Source of the DNA: an uncultured archaeon
GTDB lineage: Archaea; Thermoproteota; Bathyarchaeia; Bathyarchaeales; Bathycorpusculaceae
Direction of reading: 5' to 3'
Length of the DNA stretch: 64,000 bases
NCBI GenBank assembly: GCA_963782915.1
Contig: CAWALK010000012.1
Location: 64,001-128,000 of the forward strand
The notes beneath the pieces were generated by a model. It was not told the origin of the DNA and did not search any database. It was given only the letters and a program-made list of their open reading frames with translations. The translations under genes were made by a program, and so were the position numbers. Positions 20,853 through 30,409 of this stretch are shown piece after piece. Position 1 is the stretch's first letter, and each line of letters begins with the position of its first letter.

Positions 20853-21479
20853 ATGGCGGCATCGTTGAAAAAATTTATGCAGCAGCTTTCAGGGAAAAAA
20901 GGTCCTGGACCCTCGATGTCTTTCACGATTTTCCATGTATTCTATGCTTTGCAGCTTATGGCACAGAAGCCGATTGGAAGGAACAAGTTGGCTGAGCAAC
21001 TTAATGTTGGCGACGGCGCAATACGAACAATAATTAGCAGGTTGCGGGAGGCTGGTTTGATTGAAACCTCTAAAGCAGGCTGCAATTTAACGGAAAAAGG
21101 CAGGGATGTTTGGTGCCAGTTTGAAATGATTTTTCCCAAAGAAACCGAATTACCCAAATCCGAATTAAACCCCTGCGAATTCAACCATGCATTCTTAGTA
21201 AAGAACTGCGCCCAAAAAGTCCAGTCAGGCATCGACCAAAGAGACGCAGCAATAATTGCGGGAGCACGCACCGCTTTAGTCATTGTTTATCGCAATGGCC
21301 ACTTATGCATCGAATCCATCAGCGACGACATAGAAAAACAGTATCCAAAAGCCGCAAAACAACTTTTGGAGCAGCTTGAGCCCAAAGAAAACGATGCCAT
21401 CGTTGTGGCCGGGGCTGAATCGGCTTTGAAGGCCAAGCGTGGCGCTTTTGCCGCCAGCTGGTCACTCATCAGCGCCTAA
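20853..21479 (+). CDS. Archaeal winged-helix protein (DUF4443/DUF2111-like)
   Basis: IGRNKLAEQLNVGDGAIRTII..L; GIDQRDAAIIAGA. Confidence 0.7.
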   Translation: MAASLKKFMQQLSGKKGPGPSMSFTIFHVFYALQLMAQKPIGRNKLAEQLNVGDGAIRTIISRLREAGLIETSKAGCNLTEKGRDVWCQFEMIFPKETELPKSELNPCEFNHAFLVKNCAQKVQSGIDQRDAAIIAGARTALVIVYRNGHLCIESISDDIEKQYPKAAKQLLEQLEPKENDAIVVAGAESALKAKRGAFAASWSLISA

Positions 21480-21483
21480 AAGT

Positions 21484-22245
21484 TTAGGTTGTGTATTTTT
21501 CGCCTTGGTTGAGGATGCGCTCTAAGACGGTGTTGATGTTTACCATGCCCTCGTTGGTTTTTGACGAAACGGGCATTAAGAGGAATTTCATGCCGAGTTT
21601 GTCGATGGCTTGCATCATGTTGCGGCTAAACAGGCGTTTGGTGCCTTCGAGTTTGGTTTCGATAGCGTCTTCGAGTTCACGTGGATTAGCTGACCATGAC
21701 GCGATTGATTGTACGTCTTTTTTTGGGAGCAAATCAGTTTTTGAAAGCACGTGCAGTTGTGGTTGGAAGAAGCGGTTGTAAACTGCTGCTGAGAGGAACA
21801 TGTTGGAGACGTAGTTAAGTGGGTTAATTGAGAAGACTGAGTCGAAGAGGTAGAGGATGGCTTTGGGTTCTTTTGTTAATTCGTTAACGATGTATGGGCC
21901 GGAAGCGCGGAAAGCAAACAGCTCCATTTGTCCAGGGGTGTCAACTATGGTGAAGTCTGCGTGGGCTTCTTCGATGTCGCGGGTTAAGTTTTCTATTTCG
22001 TCAGCGATTAAATCGGCTGCCATAATTAAGGCGCCGTTGGGGCCTAACCCGTATTTTTCCATGATGTCGCCAACGTCTACGTAGTTGCGTACGTCAACGT
22101 CTGGTTGATAAGGCAATTTGAGTGCTCCCGGGTCGAGGTTGACGACTGCAACGTCTTGTTTGCTCATTTTTAGCCATTCAGCAAACGCGGCTGTGAAAAG
22201 TGACTTGCCGCTGCCGGCGGTTCCGATAACAAATGTCATTGGCAT
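21484..22245 (-). CDS. GPN-loop GTPase
   Basis: GTAGSGKS, NLDPG, GLGPNGA, DTPGQMELF. Confidence 0.92.
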   Translation of the reverse strand: MPMTFVIGTAGSGKSLFTAAFAEWLKMSKQDVAVVNLDPGALKLPYQPDVDVRNYVDVGDIMEKYGLGPNGALIMAADLIADEIENLTRDIEEAHADFTIVDTPGQMELFAFRASGPYIVNELTKEPKAILYLFDSVFSINPLNYVSNMFLSAAVYNRFFQPQLHVLSKTDLLPKKDVQSIASWSANPRELEDAIETKLEGTKRLFSRNMMQAIDKLGMKFLLMPVSSKTNEGMVNINTVLERILNQGEKYTT

Positions 22246-22364
22246 GAATAATATCTCCGTTTAGCTTGAGCACCGATAATGGTAATGAACCTTTCTACCC
22301 AACAAAAAGGCTCGCTTGCGATTTCAGCTCTATCCCCTTTAGGGCTCAACAAGTGTTGCAGTCT

Positions 22365-22595
22365 CTAACTCTCGAATTTTCTAAAATGTGTATACCCCTC
22401 TTCCTTCAGTGAAGCCAAAAGACCTTCACGTTCAGAATCAGGAAGCATCGGACAGATCCCAAACTGGACATCACCTTTTTCATATTGCTCGTCAGTTGTC
22501 TCATCAGACACACAGAGTTTATTTCCGTCAACCAAAAGAATGCATTTCTCATCCTTGTTAAAGTCACAGCATATTTTTCTTCCGAGCTTGCCCAA
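22365..22595 (-). CDS. Small Cys-rich hypothetical protein
   Basis: 76 aa, TTG start, five Cys, co-oriented 62 nt downstream of a SPASM rSAM. Confidence 0.5.
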   Translation of the reverse strand: MGKLGRKICCDFNKDEKCILLVDGNKLCVSDETTDEQYEKGDVQFGICPMLPDSEREGLLASLKEEGYTHFRKFES

Positions 22596-22657
22596 AGTTA
22601 CAGACCTTCAGAGAATGTATAGTTAACAAATAGAAAATACCCCAAAGAGGGGTTGGT

Positions 22658-23770
22658 TTATTGTTTTTTGAGTTGTGCGAATGCTTCTTTCTGCATTGCC
22701 TCAAAAGCCTTAGGGTCTTCACGGAGGACCTTGGGGATATAGGCGCATGCTGGATCTGAAGCGAATAAGTCGCCAGTGTAGTATTCAGCGCGTGTTCTGC
22801 ATCCACCGCAGATTTCTCGGTACTCGCATACTCCGCATCTGCCTTTGAGGTTGCTTTTGTCGCGTAGTTTAAGATGGAACTCGCTTTTCTGCAGGTCTGC
22901 CCATGCTTGGCGTAGTTTCGTTTCTTTGACGTTGCCAATGCGGTAGCCTTCGTGGAAGCCGCAGCTGCGGTAGTCGCCGTTTTCGGTGATGCCGATATAG
23001 TTGCCGCCGATGGTGCATCTGCCCAAGTAGCCTTCGTTGAACCAGTCCCAGAAGTCCACGGTGTTCTTCTGTTTCACTATGCGTGCATAGAAGGGCGCGT
23101 AAACATTGACTTTGACTTTGCCGTATAGTCTGCGTTGGATTTCGTAGATTTCGTTGAATGCAACCTCATACTGTTCGGGGGTTGGTGCGATTTCTTCCAT
23201 GTGTTCGCCTGCTCTGCCGACTGGTACAAGGTTATGGTAGACGACTGAGCGTGCATGGTACTGTTCTGCAAGGGCTGCAGTATGTGGCATTTGATGAATG
23301 TTAAACTTAGTCATGGTTGTAACTAAGCAGTCGAGTAATCCGACGCTGCTAAGCTTCTGCATAGCGTAGAGGGCTTTGTCGTAGCCGCCTTTTCGGCGTA
23401 TTTTATCGTTTGTGTCTGGTTCTCCATCGATGCTGATGGCTGTTTTAACATTATACTTTGTTAGTTTGTTGAAGCGTTCTTCATCCCAAGCGTAGCCGCT
23501 TGTGATTAAACTGACGTTTAAGCCGTGCTCTTTTTCTGCGTATTCGATGATTTCCCAGATGTCTGGGCGAATCAATGGCTCTCCGCCGCTGATTCCGAAC
23601 CATTGTGAGCCGAACTCTGCTATTTCATCAACCATATGCTTAGCTTGTTCGGTGCTTAATTCTTGGTCTTTAGCGTAATCTTTTGTGTAACTGCAATAGG
23701 TGCAAGTGCCAACACAGTTGCGGGTACATCGCCAAACAACCATAAACAAGGGGGTTGTCGTCGGATTCAT
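22658..23770 (-). CDS. Radical SAM/SPASM protein (NirJ/AhbD/PqqE-like)
   Basis: CVGTCTYC, SGGEPL, CTIG..C, CGVCEYREICGGCR..DPAC. Confidence 0.9.
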   Translation of the reverse strand: MNPTTTPLFMVVWRCTRNCVGTCTYCSYTKDYAKDQELSTEQAKHMVDEIAEFGSQWFGISGGEPLIRPDIWEIIEYAEKEHGLNVSLITSGYAWDEERFNKLTKYNVKTAISIDGEPDTNDKIRRKGGYDKALYAMQKLSSVGLLDCLVTTMTKFNIHQMPHTAALAEQYHARSVVYHNLVPVGRAGEHMEEIAPTPEQYEVAFNEIYEIQRRLYGKVKVNVYAPFYARIVKQKNTVDFWDWFNEGYLGRCTIGGNYIGITENGDYRSCGFHEGYRIGNVKETKLRQAWADLQKSEFHLKLRDKSNLKGRCGVCEYREICGGCRTRAEYYTGDLFASDPACAYIPKVLREDPKAFEAMQKEAFAQLKKQ

Positions 23771-23885
23771 TTAATTCACAGTTGACAATAGATTTGCCCA
23801 CTCGATATAAAATTTACTCTACTAAACCGTTTTTCTGCTTCTTTATACAAAGAGCTGTAGCCAACCAAGCAAACCCATTTAGAAT

Positions 23886-24341
23886 CTACTCAGCCGCTAC
23901 ATTGGGGGCTTTACGTCTGCTCTGCAGAAAACCCTCCACAGCAAAAACAGCCATCGCCAACCCCGTAATCAACGTCAAGAGCAAAAAGAAAACTTTGAAC
24001 TCATCCGTCTCAACCCCAAAATGAATAAACAAAATCACCAACTCAACCGCCAAAATCCCTAAGAAAATCAGCGCGTAAATCCACATTTTGGGAAACACAT
24101 TGCGACCAAGCCAAATACTGCCCTTTAAGGGTGCTTTCTTTTTGACGGTGTATTCGCCGTACTCGTTTTTAGCTAAGTAACCCGCGTCTTCGAGCTTCTG
24201 CAGGTGCCTGTATGCTACGCTTGGGCTGCTCAAGTTGGCGCCTTTCATTACATCTCGGGGTCCAACTGGTTTGCCCTTTTTTGCAGCGTAGAGGTACACG
24301 TTTAGGGTTATTCCTTCAAGTTCTTGGTCTGCGGTGGTCAT
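23886..24341 (-). CDS. Membrane-anchored winged-helix regulator (2 TM); paralog of 45491-45937
   Basis: GKPVGPRDVMKGANLSSPSVAYRHLQKL + two TM helices. Confidence 0.75.
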   Translation of the reverse strand: MTTADQELEGITLNVYLYAAKKGKPVGPRDVMKGANLSSPSVAYRHLQKLEDAGYLAKNEYGEYTVKKKAPLKGSIWLGRNVFPKMWIYALIFLGILAVELVILFIHFGVETDEFKVFFLLLTLITGLAMAVFAVEGFLQSRRKAPNVAAE

Positions 24342-24535
24342 GTTTGGTTCTCGCGGCTTTAGGATTGTTTAGTGTTTTAGCTGTATTAGCTTTGCCCAAA
24401 ATAGTATTGGAATTGGACCGATTTTTGTTTATCAACCAAACGCGGCAGGCAACTTTTTGTGTAATTTACCCTTTCTTTTTTATTTTCTTTTTCTGTGCCC
24501 TCGAGTTTTTACTCTAAAAATCTGTGTTTAGGCAT

Positions 24536-24587
24536 CCAAAACAGCCCAAAACAGCTAAAACCGCATGTTCCCGAAAAAGTTTAATAA
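24536..24587 (+). promoter_or_regulatory. Putative rnfD promoter: phased CCAAAACAGC repeats + BRE (CGAAAAA) + TATA (TTTAATAA)
   Basis: CCAAAACAGC-CCAAAACAGC-TAAAACCGC at 24536-24564; TATA 24580-24587; ATG 24633. Confidence 0.5.
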
Positions 24588-24632
24588 GTCAGCGCTACGA
24601 AATAGCTGATCATTTGAGAAGGTAATAATAAC

Positions 24633-25743
24633 ATGAGTAACGAAACCTCAAATGAACTAGTTGTAAATCCAGCACCACACGTACATGGCACAATGACTAA
24701 GAATCGCATGATGCAATACACATTCTTTGCAATTCTAGCTACAATCGTTGTTTCCGCAGCACTTTGGTCTCAAGTCACAACCCCCTCAGGATGGAACTTA
24801 GGCTTAACAGTTGCTATCTGTGCACTCATATCAACCGGCATCGCCGTCGTATTAGACTTCCTCATCGGCAGAGTAGCCTCTGACAGCGAAGTCAACACTT
24901 GGTCCGCAGCAGTCTTCGGCTTAATCGTCACAGCCTGTTATACCCTCGGTATTCCCTCAATGGCATCAAGAAGTTGGAACCCCCGCTGAAGCACCCCTTG
25001 CATTCTTCTACGTCGCACTAATCTCCGTTATCGGTATGGTCGTTTTCAAGAAAGTTATGAGCTTAGCAGGCAGAAAACTCGTAAACCCCGCAGCAGCAGC
25101 CAAATTTCTCGTTCTACTACCAACCATCGGTACAACCCTCATTGCAGTTGACCACCTGAACACTGGACTGCTGGGCGTTCCCGCACTAGCGCGTGGAATC
25201 GGCTCATCAACCATCGTTGGTGGCAACGGTTTAGCAGCATTCGGTTCCTACCTACAAGGATGCTACGGCTTACCCACAGCATCAAGCTCAGCCAGTATCG
25301 AATCAATCATGCTTCTCACGAAATTCCACGGATGGACCGCCGGCGCATGCAGCATCGCAGTTATCATCGCAGGCATTGCATTATTCGCATTAGGACGCAA
25401 ATACTTCAAATGGAAAATCACCGCAAGCTACCTCATCGCAATGGCAGTCTTATCATTGATATTCTCAGTTGCATTCGGCGACGCAGACTTAACCACAAGA
25501 TTACTCTTCGAACTCTTCGTCGGCAGCTCAATATTCATGGCGTTCTTCATGGCAACTGATCCAGCGACAACACCATTCAGCGGAATCGGACAAATCATCT
25601 TCGGCGTCGGACTCGCAGTTTTGACCATCGTGATACAAACCTTTATGGGTTTCTTCGGCGGCTCTTTGCTAGCATTGTTGATCATGAACCTAACAGTTCC
25701 ACTTATTGACAAAATACGTATCAACAAACCCTTTGGGAGATGA
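24633..25743 (+). CDS. rnfD: RnfD/NqrB-family membrane subunit; +1 frameshift near 24969
   Basis: PAPHVH, SAAVFGLI, after the shift GRKLVNPAAA, AFFMATDPATTP, LLIMNLTVPLID. Confidence 0.85.
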
Positions 25744-27038
25744 ATATAATGGCAAACTTTGTACATATACCAGAACAAAAAGAAGTCGCAAGAAAAACAC
25801 CCATTGAAGTCTTCCCAGACCCCAAAATCGCAGTCGTCTTAACCAACCAGCAATCGGGAGCAACAAACCTCCCACTGGTTAAAGTCGGCGACACCGTAGC
25901 CATCGGTCAAAAAATTGCAGACTCCAAAGAACGCGTATCAGCACCAGTCCACAGCCCAATATCCGGAAAAGTCATCAAAATCGAAAACGCCTACAACAGC
26001 TGCTTTGAAGCACCAACCGAAGCCATCTACATCGAAAACGACGGCAAAAAAACCAAAGACACAAGCATCAAACCCATCACAGAAGCACAATTAGCCACAA
26101 CCAAAAACGAAGACTTACTGAAAATCATCCGTGAAGCAGGCATCATCGGCATGGGCGGCGCAGGCTTCCCAACCAGCATCAAACTCGCAGTACCCGCAGA
26201 CAAAAAAATCAAGTACCTACTCGTAAACGGCGCAGAAGGAGAACCATACGACACAGCAGACGAACGCATAATGGTCGAAAAAACCGCAAACTTAGTCCGC
26301 GGTGTCCGCGTTGTACGCAAATTGCTCGGTAACCCAAAAGTCATCGTTGTAACAAAAGAAAGCAAAGTTGAAGCAGTACCAAAACTCAAAGAAGCATTCG
26401 CAAAAGAACCAGACACAGAAGTCCGCGCATTACACTTAACCTACCAGCAAGGCGACGCAGCCATGATGCAAAAAGCAGTCTTAGGCTACGAAACCCCCGC
26501 AGGTAAACGCAGCTACGAAATGGGCACCATCGTACAAAACGTCGCAACCATCAACGCCATCGCAAACGCAGTCTTCGAAGGTGAACCACTCATAACCAGA
26601 GTAACCACCCTCAACGGCGACCTCGCAAAACCAAAGAACCTACTAGTGAAAATCGGCACCCCAATCAGCGAAATCCTCAACGCAAACAGCATTAACGTCT
26701 CAGACATCGGCTCAGTCGTAGTCGGCGGAGTCATGATGGGCACAGCACTACAAACCCCAGATGCACCAATCACAAAACGAACCTCAAGCATAATCTACTT
26801 CGCAAAAAGCAAAGCAAAGAAAGGCCAAAAACCAACTGCATGCATACACTGCGGAAGATGCGTCGACGCATGTCCAGCACGTCTCCAACCAGTAGCAATC
26901 TACAATGCTGTCATAAAAGGCGACTTTGAGAAAGCTGAGAAACTTTGGGCAAAAGACTGCATTATGTGCGGAACATGCTCATACGTCTGTCCAGCCAGAG
27001 TACCGCTCGCATCTAACATAAAGATGGCACGCCAATAA
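25740..27038 (+). CDS. rnfC: RnfC/RsxC NADH-FMN-2x[4Fe-4S] subunit
   Basis: VKVGD.V..GQ, HSPISG, GIIGMGGAGFPT, NGAEGEPY, GGVMMG, CIHCGRCVDACP, CIMCGTCSYVCP; ATGA overlap with rnfD. Confidence 0.92.
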   Translation: MNIMANFVHIPEQKEVARKTPIEVFPDPKIAVVLTNQQSGATNLPLVKVGDTVAIGQKIADSKERVSAPVHSPISGKVIKIENAYNSCFEAPTEAIYIENDGKKTKDTSIKPITEAQLATTKNEDLLKIIREAGIIGMGGAGFPTSIKLAVPADKKIKYLLVNGAEGEPYDTADERIMVEKTANLVRGVRVVRKLLGNPKVIVVTKESKVEAVPKLKEAFAKEPDTEVRALHLTYQQGDAAMMQKAVLGYETPAGKRSYEMGTIVQNVATINAIANAVFEGEPLITRVTTLNGDLAKPKNLLVKIGTPISEILNANSINVSDIGSVVVGGVMMGTALQTPDAPITKRTSSIIYFAKSKAKKGQKPTACIHCGRCVDACPARLQPVAIYNAVIKGDFEKAEKLWAKDCIMCGTCSYVCPARVPLASNIKMARQ

Positions 27039-27228
27039 GGCAAAAATTCCCTTCCTTTTATCTTTTCTTTGTTATTAAACCCCAATTTGATCTCCTCACA
27101 ATTGATATTTTCGAATAATTTTGCTCTTCTATTTGTTCGATTTTATAAATAAAGAACGGTCTGTCAAGCTTTCAAGCATTAAGCTTATAAATATGCCACC
27201 ATGTAAAGTAAAAGACAAGGGATAAAAA

Positions 27229-27882
27229 TTGGCAGAAAATAAATTTAAATTATCTGACATATTCGGCGGCATTATCATACCGATTATTCTTGTGCTACTC
27301 ATCTATGTCTTTGCGGTCTATCTTAACGTTGGCGGAGAGTTCCATCTTCTTGGCGATCAGAACATCGTTGCTATTATTCTTGTCTCAGGCTTTGCTCAAA
27401 TGATTATTCTTGGTATCCCATTGGTTTTAGGCTTGCTTTGGAATAAATGGGCCGGCGGAGCAGCAGGCTTCGTTATGGGTGGTCTCTATTACGTGGCAAG
27501 TGCAGGTCAGTATACAGCAAGTTATGCAACATATTCTCAGGGGCTTGTCAATTACAACTTCTTTGGCGACATTAGCATGCTTTTCTATCTGGTTAACGCG
27601 GTCATCATCGGCTACATGGCAGGCGCAATTAACAACGGATCCATGAACTTTAAACGAATGCTCCTGGCAGGTTTAACTGCTGCTATGGTTACAGCTGTTA
27701 TCCAAGCGTACATGAACTATTACGTCTCGCTTCCAGTAGCTAGAGGTATGGCTCAGGCGGCTTGGTTAGATGTGCCAAACGCGATATTGGTGAACTTTGT
27801 ACCAAGTATTGCTTTAGGTGTAATCGTTCCGATTCTTGCTAAAGTAATGACCTGGTATGGAATTTATCCGCAGAAACACTAA
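27229..27882 (+). CDS. 6-TM membrane protein, ECF S-component-like (copy 1)
   Basis: 217 aa; LGLLWNKWAGGAAGF..G and NAVIIGYMAG helices resemble S-components. Confidence 0.6.
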   Translation: MAENKFKLSDIFGGIIIPIILVLLIYVFAVYLNVGGEFHLLGDQNIVAIILVSGFAQMIILGIPLVLGLLWNKWAGGAAGFVMGGLYYVASAGQYTASYATYSQGLVNYNFFGDISMLFYLVNAVIIGYMAGAINNGSMNFKRMLLAGLTAAMVTAVIQAYMNYYVSLPVARGMAQAAWLDVPNAILVNFVPSIALGVIVPILAKVMTWYGIYPQKH

Positions 27883-28268
27883 AACCTCTCTTCCCCCCAT
27901 TCTTTTCTTATTTAATCAATTTTTTTTGTCTTCGCCATAGTAAGTTCTCTTATTTCAAATTATTTTCTGATACTGAATTTTAGACAGGAAATTTTTAATT
28001 TTCACAATCTTAATAATATCTAAATTCAGTTAGTGCTCTACCCTTGCCTCAGTAGGCTAGGCCATAATGGTGGAAAAAATTCAATAGACACTTGCATAGC
28101 GCAGATTGTGGCTATGGTAGACATTGATTTAACAGGCTACCCAGAACTAATGGCTCCTCTTGAGCGTTTGTTTCGTCTGATTTAGTGCCAAAATTCTTAG
28201 ATACCTGGCTTTCAAGCATTAAAGCTTATAAACTTGCCCCCATGTAAAATAGAAGCAAGGGATAAAAA

Positions 28269-28922
28269 TTGGCAGAAAATAAAATAAAGATATCTGATAT
28301 ATTCGGCGGCATTATCATACCGATTATTCTTGTGCTACTCATCTATGTCTTTGCGGTCTATCTTAACGTTGGCGGAGAGTTCCATCTTCTTGGCGATCAG
28401 AACATCGTTGCTATTATTCTTGTCTCAGGCTTTGCTCAAATGATTATTCTTGGTATCCCATTGGTTTTAGGCTTGCTTTGGAATAAATGGGCCGGCGGAG
28501 CAGCAGGCTTCGTTATGGGTGGTCTCTATTACGTGGCAAGTGCAGGTCAGTATACAGCAAGTTATGCAACATATTCTCAGGGGCTTGTCAATTACAACTT
28601 CTTTGGCGACATTAGCATGCTTTTCTATCTGGTTAACGCGGTCATCATCGGCTACATGGCAGGCGCACTCAACAATGGCTCAATGAATTTCAAACGTATG
28701 CTAGGCGCAGGTTTAACTGCTGCTATGGTTACAGCTGTTATCCAAGCGTACATGAACTATTACGTCTCGCTTCCAGTAGCTAGAGGTATGGCTCAGGCGG
28801 CTTGGTTAGATGTGCCAAACGCGATATTGGTGAACTTTGTACCAAGTATTGCTTTAGGTGTAATCGTTCCGATTCTTGCTAAAGTAATGACCTGGTATGG
28901 AATTTATCCGCAGAAACACTAA
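28269..28922 (+). CDS. 6-TM membrane protein, ECF S-component-like (copy 2)
   Basis: Four aa differences from copy 1. Confidence 0.6.
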   Translation: MAENKIKISDIFGGIIIPIILVLLIYVFAVYLNVGGEFHLLGDQNIVAIILVSGFAQMIILGIPLVLGLLWNKWAGGAAGFVMGGLYYVASAGQYTASYATYSQGLVNYNFFGDISMLFYLVNAVIIGYMAGALNNGSMNFKRMLGAGLTAAMVTAVIQAYMNYYVSLPVARGMAQAAWLDVPNAILVNFVPSIALGVIVPILAKVMTWYGIYPQKH

Positions 28923-29002
28923 AACCTCTCTTCCTCTTTCTTTTTTGTTAAACAAAAAATAAGTCGCTTTTATAAAATAAAATAGACATTTTAGAAAAAA
29001 AA

Positions 29003-30310
29003 TTATGCTTTAGCTTGGCTAGGTGCAAATTCCCAAGCTATGTTGCCTTTCCAAAGTTCGCCCTTCTTAGTTAAACGAACTTCCTTGTCGTCAGTTTCAA
29101 GTAAGCCCTCAGCTTTTAGTTTTTCAATTTGCTTCGGGAACACTTTTTCGGGTGTGGTGTTGAATTTCTCCATGAATTCTTTCTTGCTAACTGGCAACCT
29201 GAGATATAAGCGGCTCATTGTACGTCGCATCATGTCATCAGTTGTGGATTCAGATAATCTGGATATGGGCAGTTTACCTGACTTGACGGTTTCCATGTAG
29301 ACGTTGATATCTTCAAGGTTTGAGTAGCTGAACTTCTGGAGGTAACCCATGAAGCAGCCTGCACCGGTGGTTAGGATGCCTCCCCATGGCCAGCCGTTGA
29401 GGCAGTTCTCACGCATGTGCCATTCTACTCGACTGTAGCGGTCGTGACCGACTGCACTGTAGCCTGCTTTAGTGAGCATTTCATGTGCTTTCATGAACAT
29501 TTGTTTTTCGAATTCAGTGTTGCCCTGTGGAGGTGATTGACCGTTCTTAATCATCTTTTCAAGGATGGTTCCGGGGTCAATGTGAAGTGAATAGCAGTCG
29601 ACTTCTGCGTCTAACTCGATAGTTTTCTTTAATGTTGCTTCCCAGCTTTCCATTGTTTGGCCTGGTAAGTTGTACATGATGTCGGCACAGACAACTAAGC
29701 CAAGACTACGGGCGTATTTGATGGCTGCCTCTACGTCTGCTGCGCTGTCTGGTAAACAGAGTGCTTTACGTAGGTTGTCATCAAAAGTTTGTGCGCCCAT
29801 GTCCATTTGGTAGACACCATATTCGGCTAGTTTCTTAATTTTAGGCAGCGCAAGTGTTTTTGATGAACCTGTGACTTTAATGAAGTATTCTTTGCTAGTG
29901 TTAAAGTTCGCTTTGCAGAAATCGATTAAATCAATTATTTGTTCTGCGCTAAGAACACTTGGGGTTCCTCCGCCTAGAACGATTTCGTCGAAGTAACTGG
30001 TCTTCACGTATTTTGTTTTCGCATACATCGCTAACTCTTTTTTGAGTAATGCGAGGTATGGTTCAATTTGGACTTTGCTAGATGCAGTGGTTGGGAAATA
30101 GCAAAACGCACATTTTGAGTCACACACGGAAACCCATGGCTGCAACTCCATCAATCGGCCCGAAGTGTTTTCGGTGTTTAGGAATTGCATGAATGATTCA
30201 TAAGTTTCAGCTTTTATGTCTGGGTAATCTCGGTAAGTGTACGGCGGCCAGTTTTCCCGTGTTTCATAAACTTCTGACTTGCCTTTTGCAGTTGCAGAGG
30301 TTTTTGTCAT
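29003..30310 (-). CDS. HemN-like (class C) radical SAM protein
   Basis: CDSKCAFC, GGGTPS, GAQTFDD, DIMYNLPGQT, GAGC, HemN_C-like VRLTKKG. Confidence 0.85.
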   Translation of the reverse strand: MTKTSATAKGKSEVYETRENWPPYTYRDYPDIKAETYESFMQFLNTENTSGRLMELQPWVSVCDSKCAFCYFPTTASSKVQIEPYLALLKKELAMYAKTKYVKTSYFDEIVLGGGTPSVLSAEQIIDLIDFCKANFNTSKEYFIKVTGSSKTLALPKIKKLAEYGVYQMDMGAQTFDDNLRKALCLPDSAADVEAAIKYARSLGLVVCADIMYNLPGQTMESWEATLKKTIELDAEVDCYSLHIDPGTILEKMIKNGQSPPQGNTEFEKQMFMKAHEMLTKAGYSAVGHDRYSRVEWHMRENCLNGWPWGGILTTGAGCFMGYLQKFSYSNLEDINVYMETVKSGKLPISRLSESTTDDMMRRTMSRLYLRLPVSKKEFMEKFNTTPEKVFPKQIEKLKAEGLLETDDKEVRLTKKGELWKGNIAWEFAPSQAKA

Positions 30311-30409
30311 TGAAATATATCCCCTTGATTGTACGTTAAAACCGTCTGGTAACGTAATAAAGTTTCCGCAAAAACGTTTAACACAAGAAAGGGGCGAAAA
30401 ATTTGCTGT

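Larger units (their letters stand above)
27168..28934 (+). repeat. Direct duplication (27168-27894 / 28208-28934) of a membrane-protein gene with its promoter
   Basis: Offset 1040 nt; coding regions appear identical except the first few codons and one 39 nt patch. Confidence 0.9.

Noticed and set aside
28114-28185. 23-aa ORF MVDIDLTGYPELMAPLERLFRLI between the twin genes
   Set aside because: Length expected by chance; no paralog or recognisable motif
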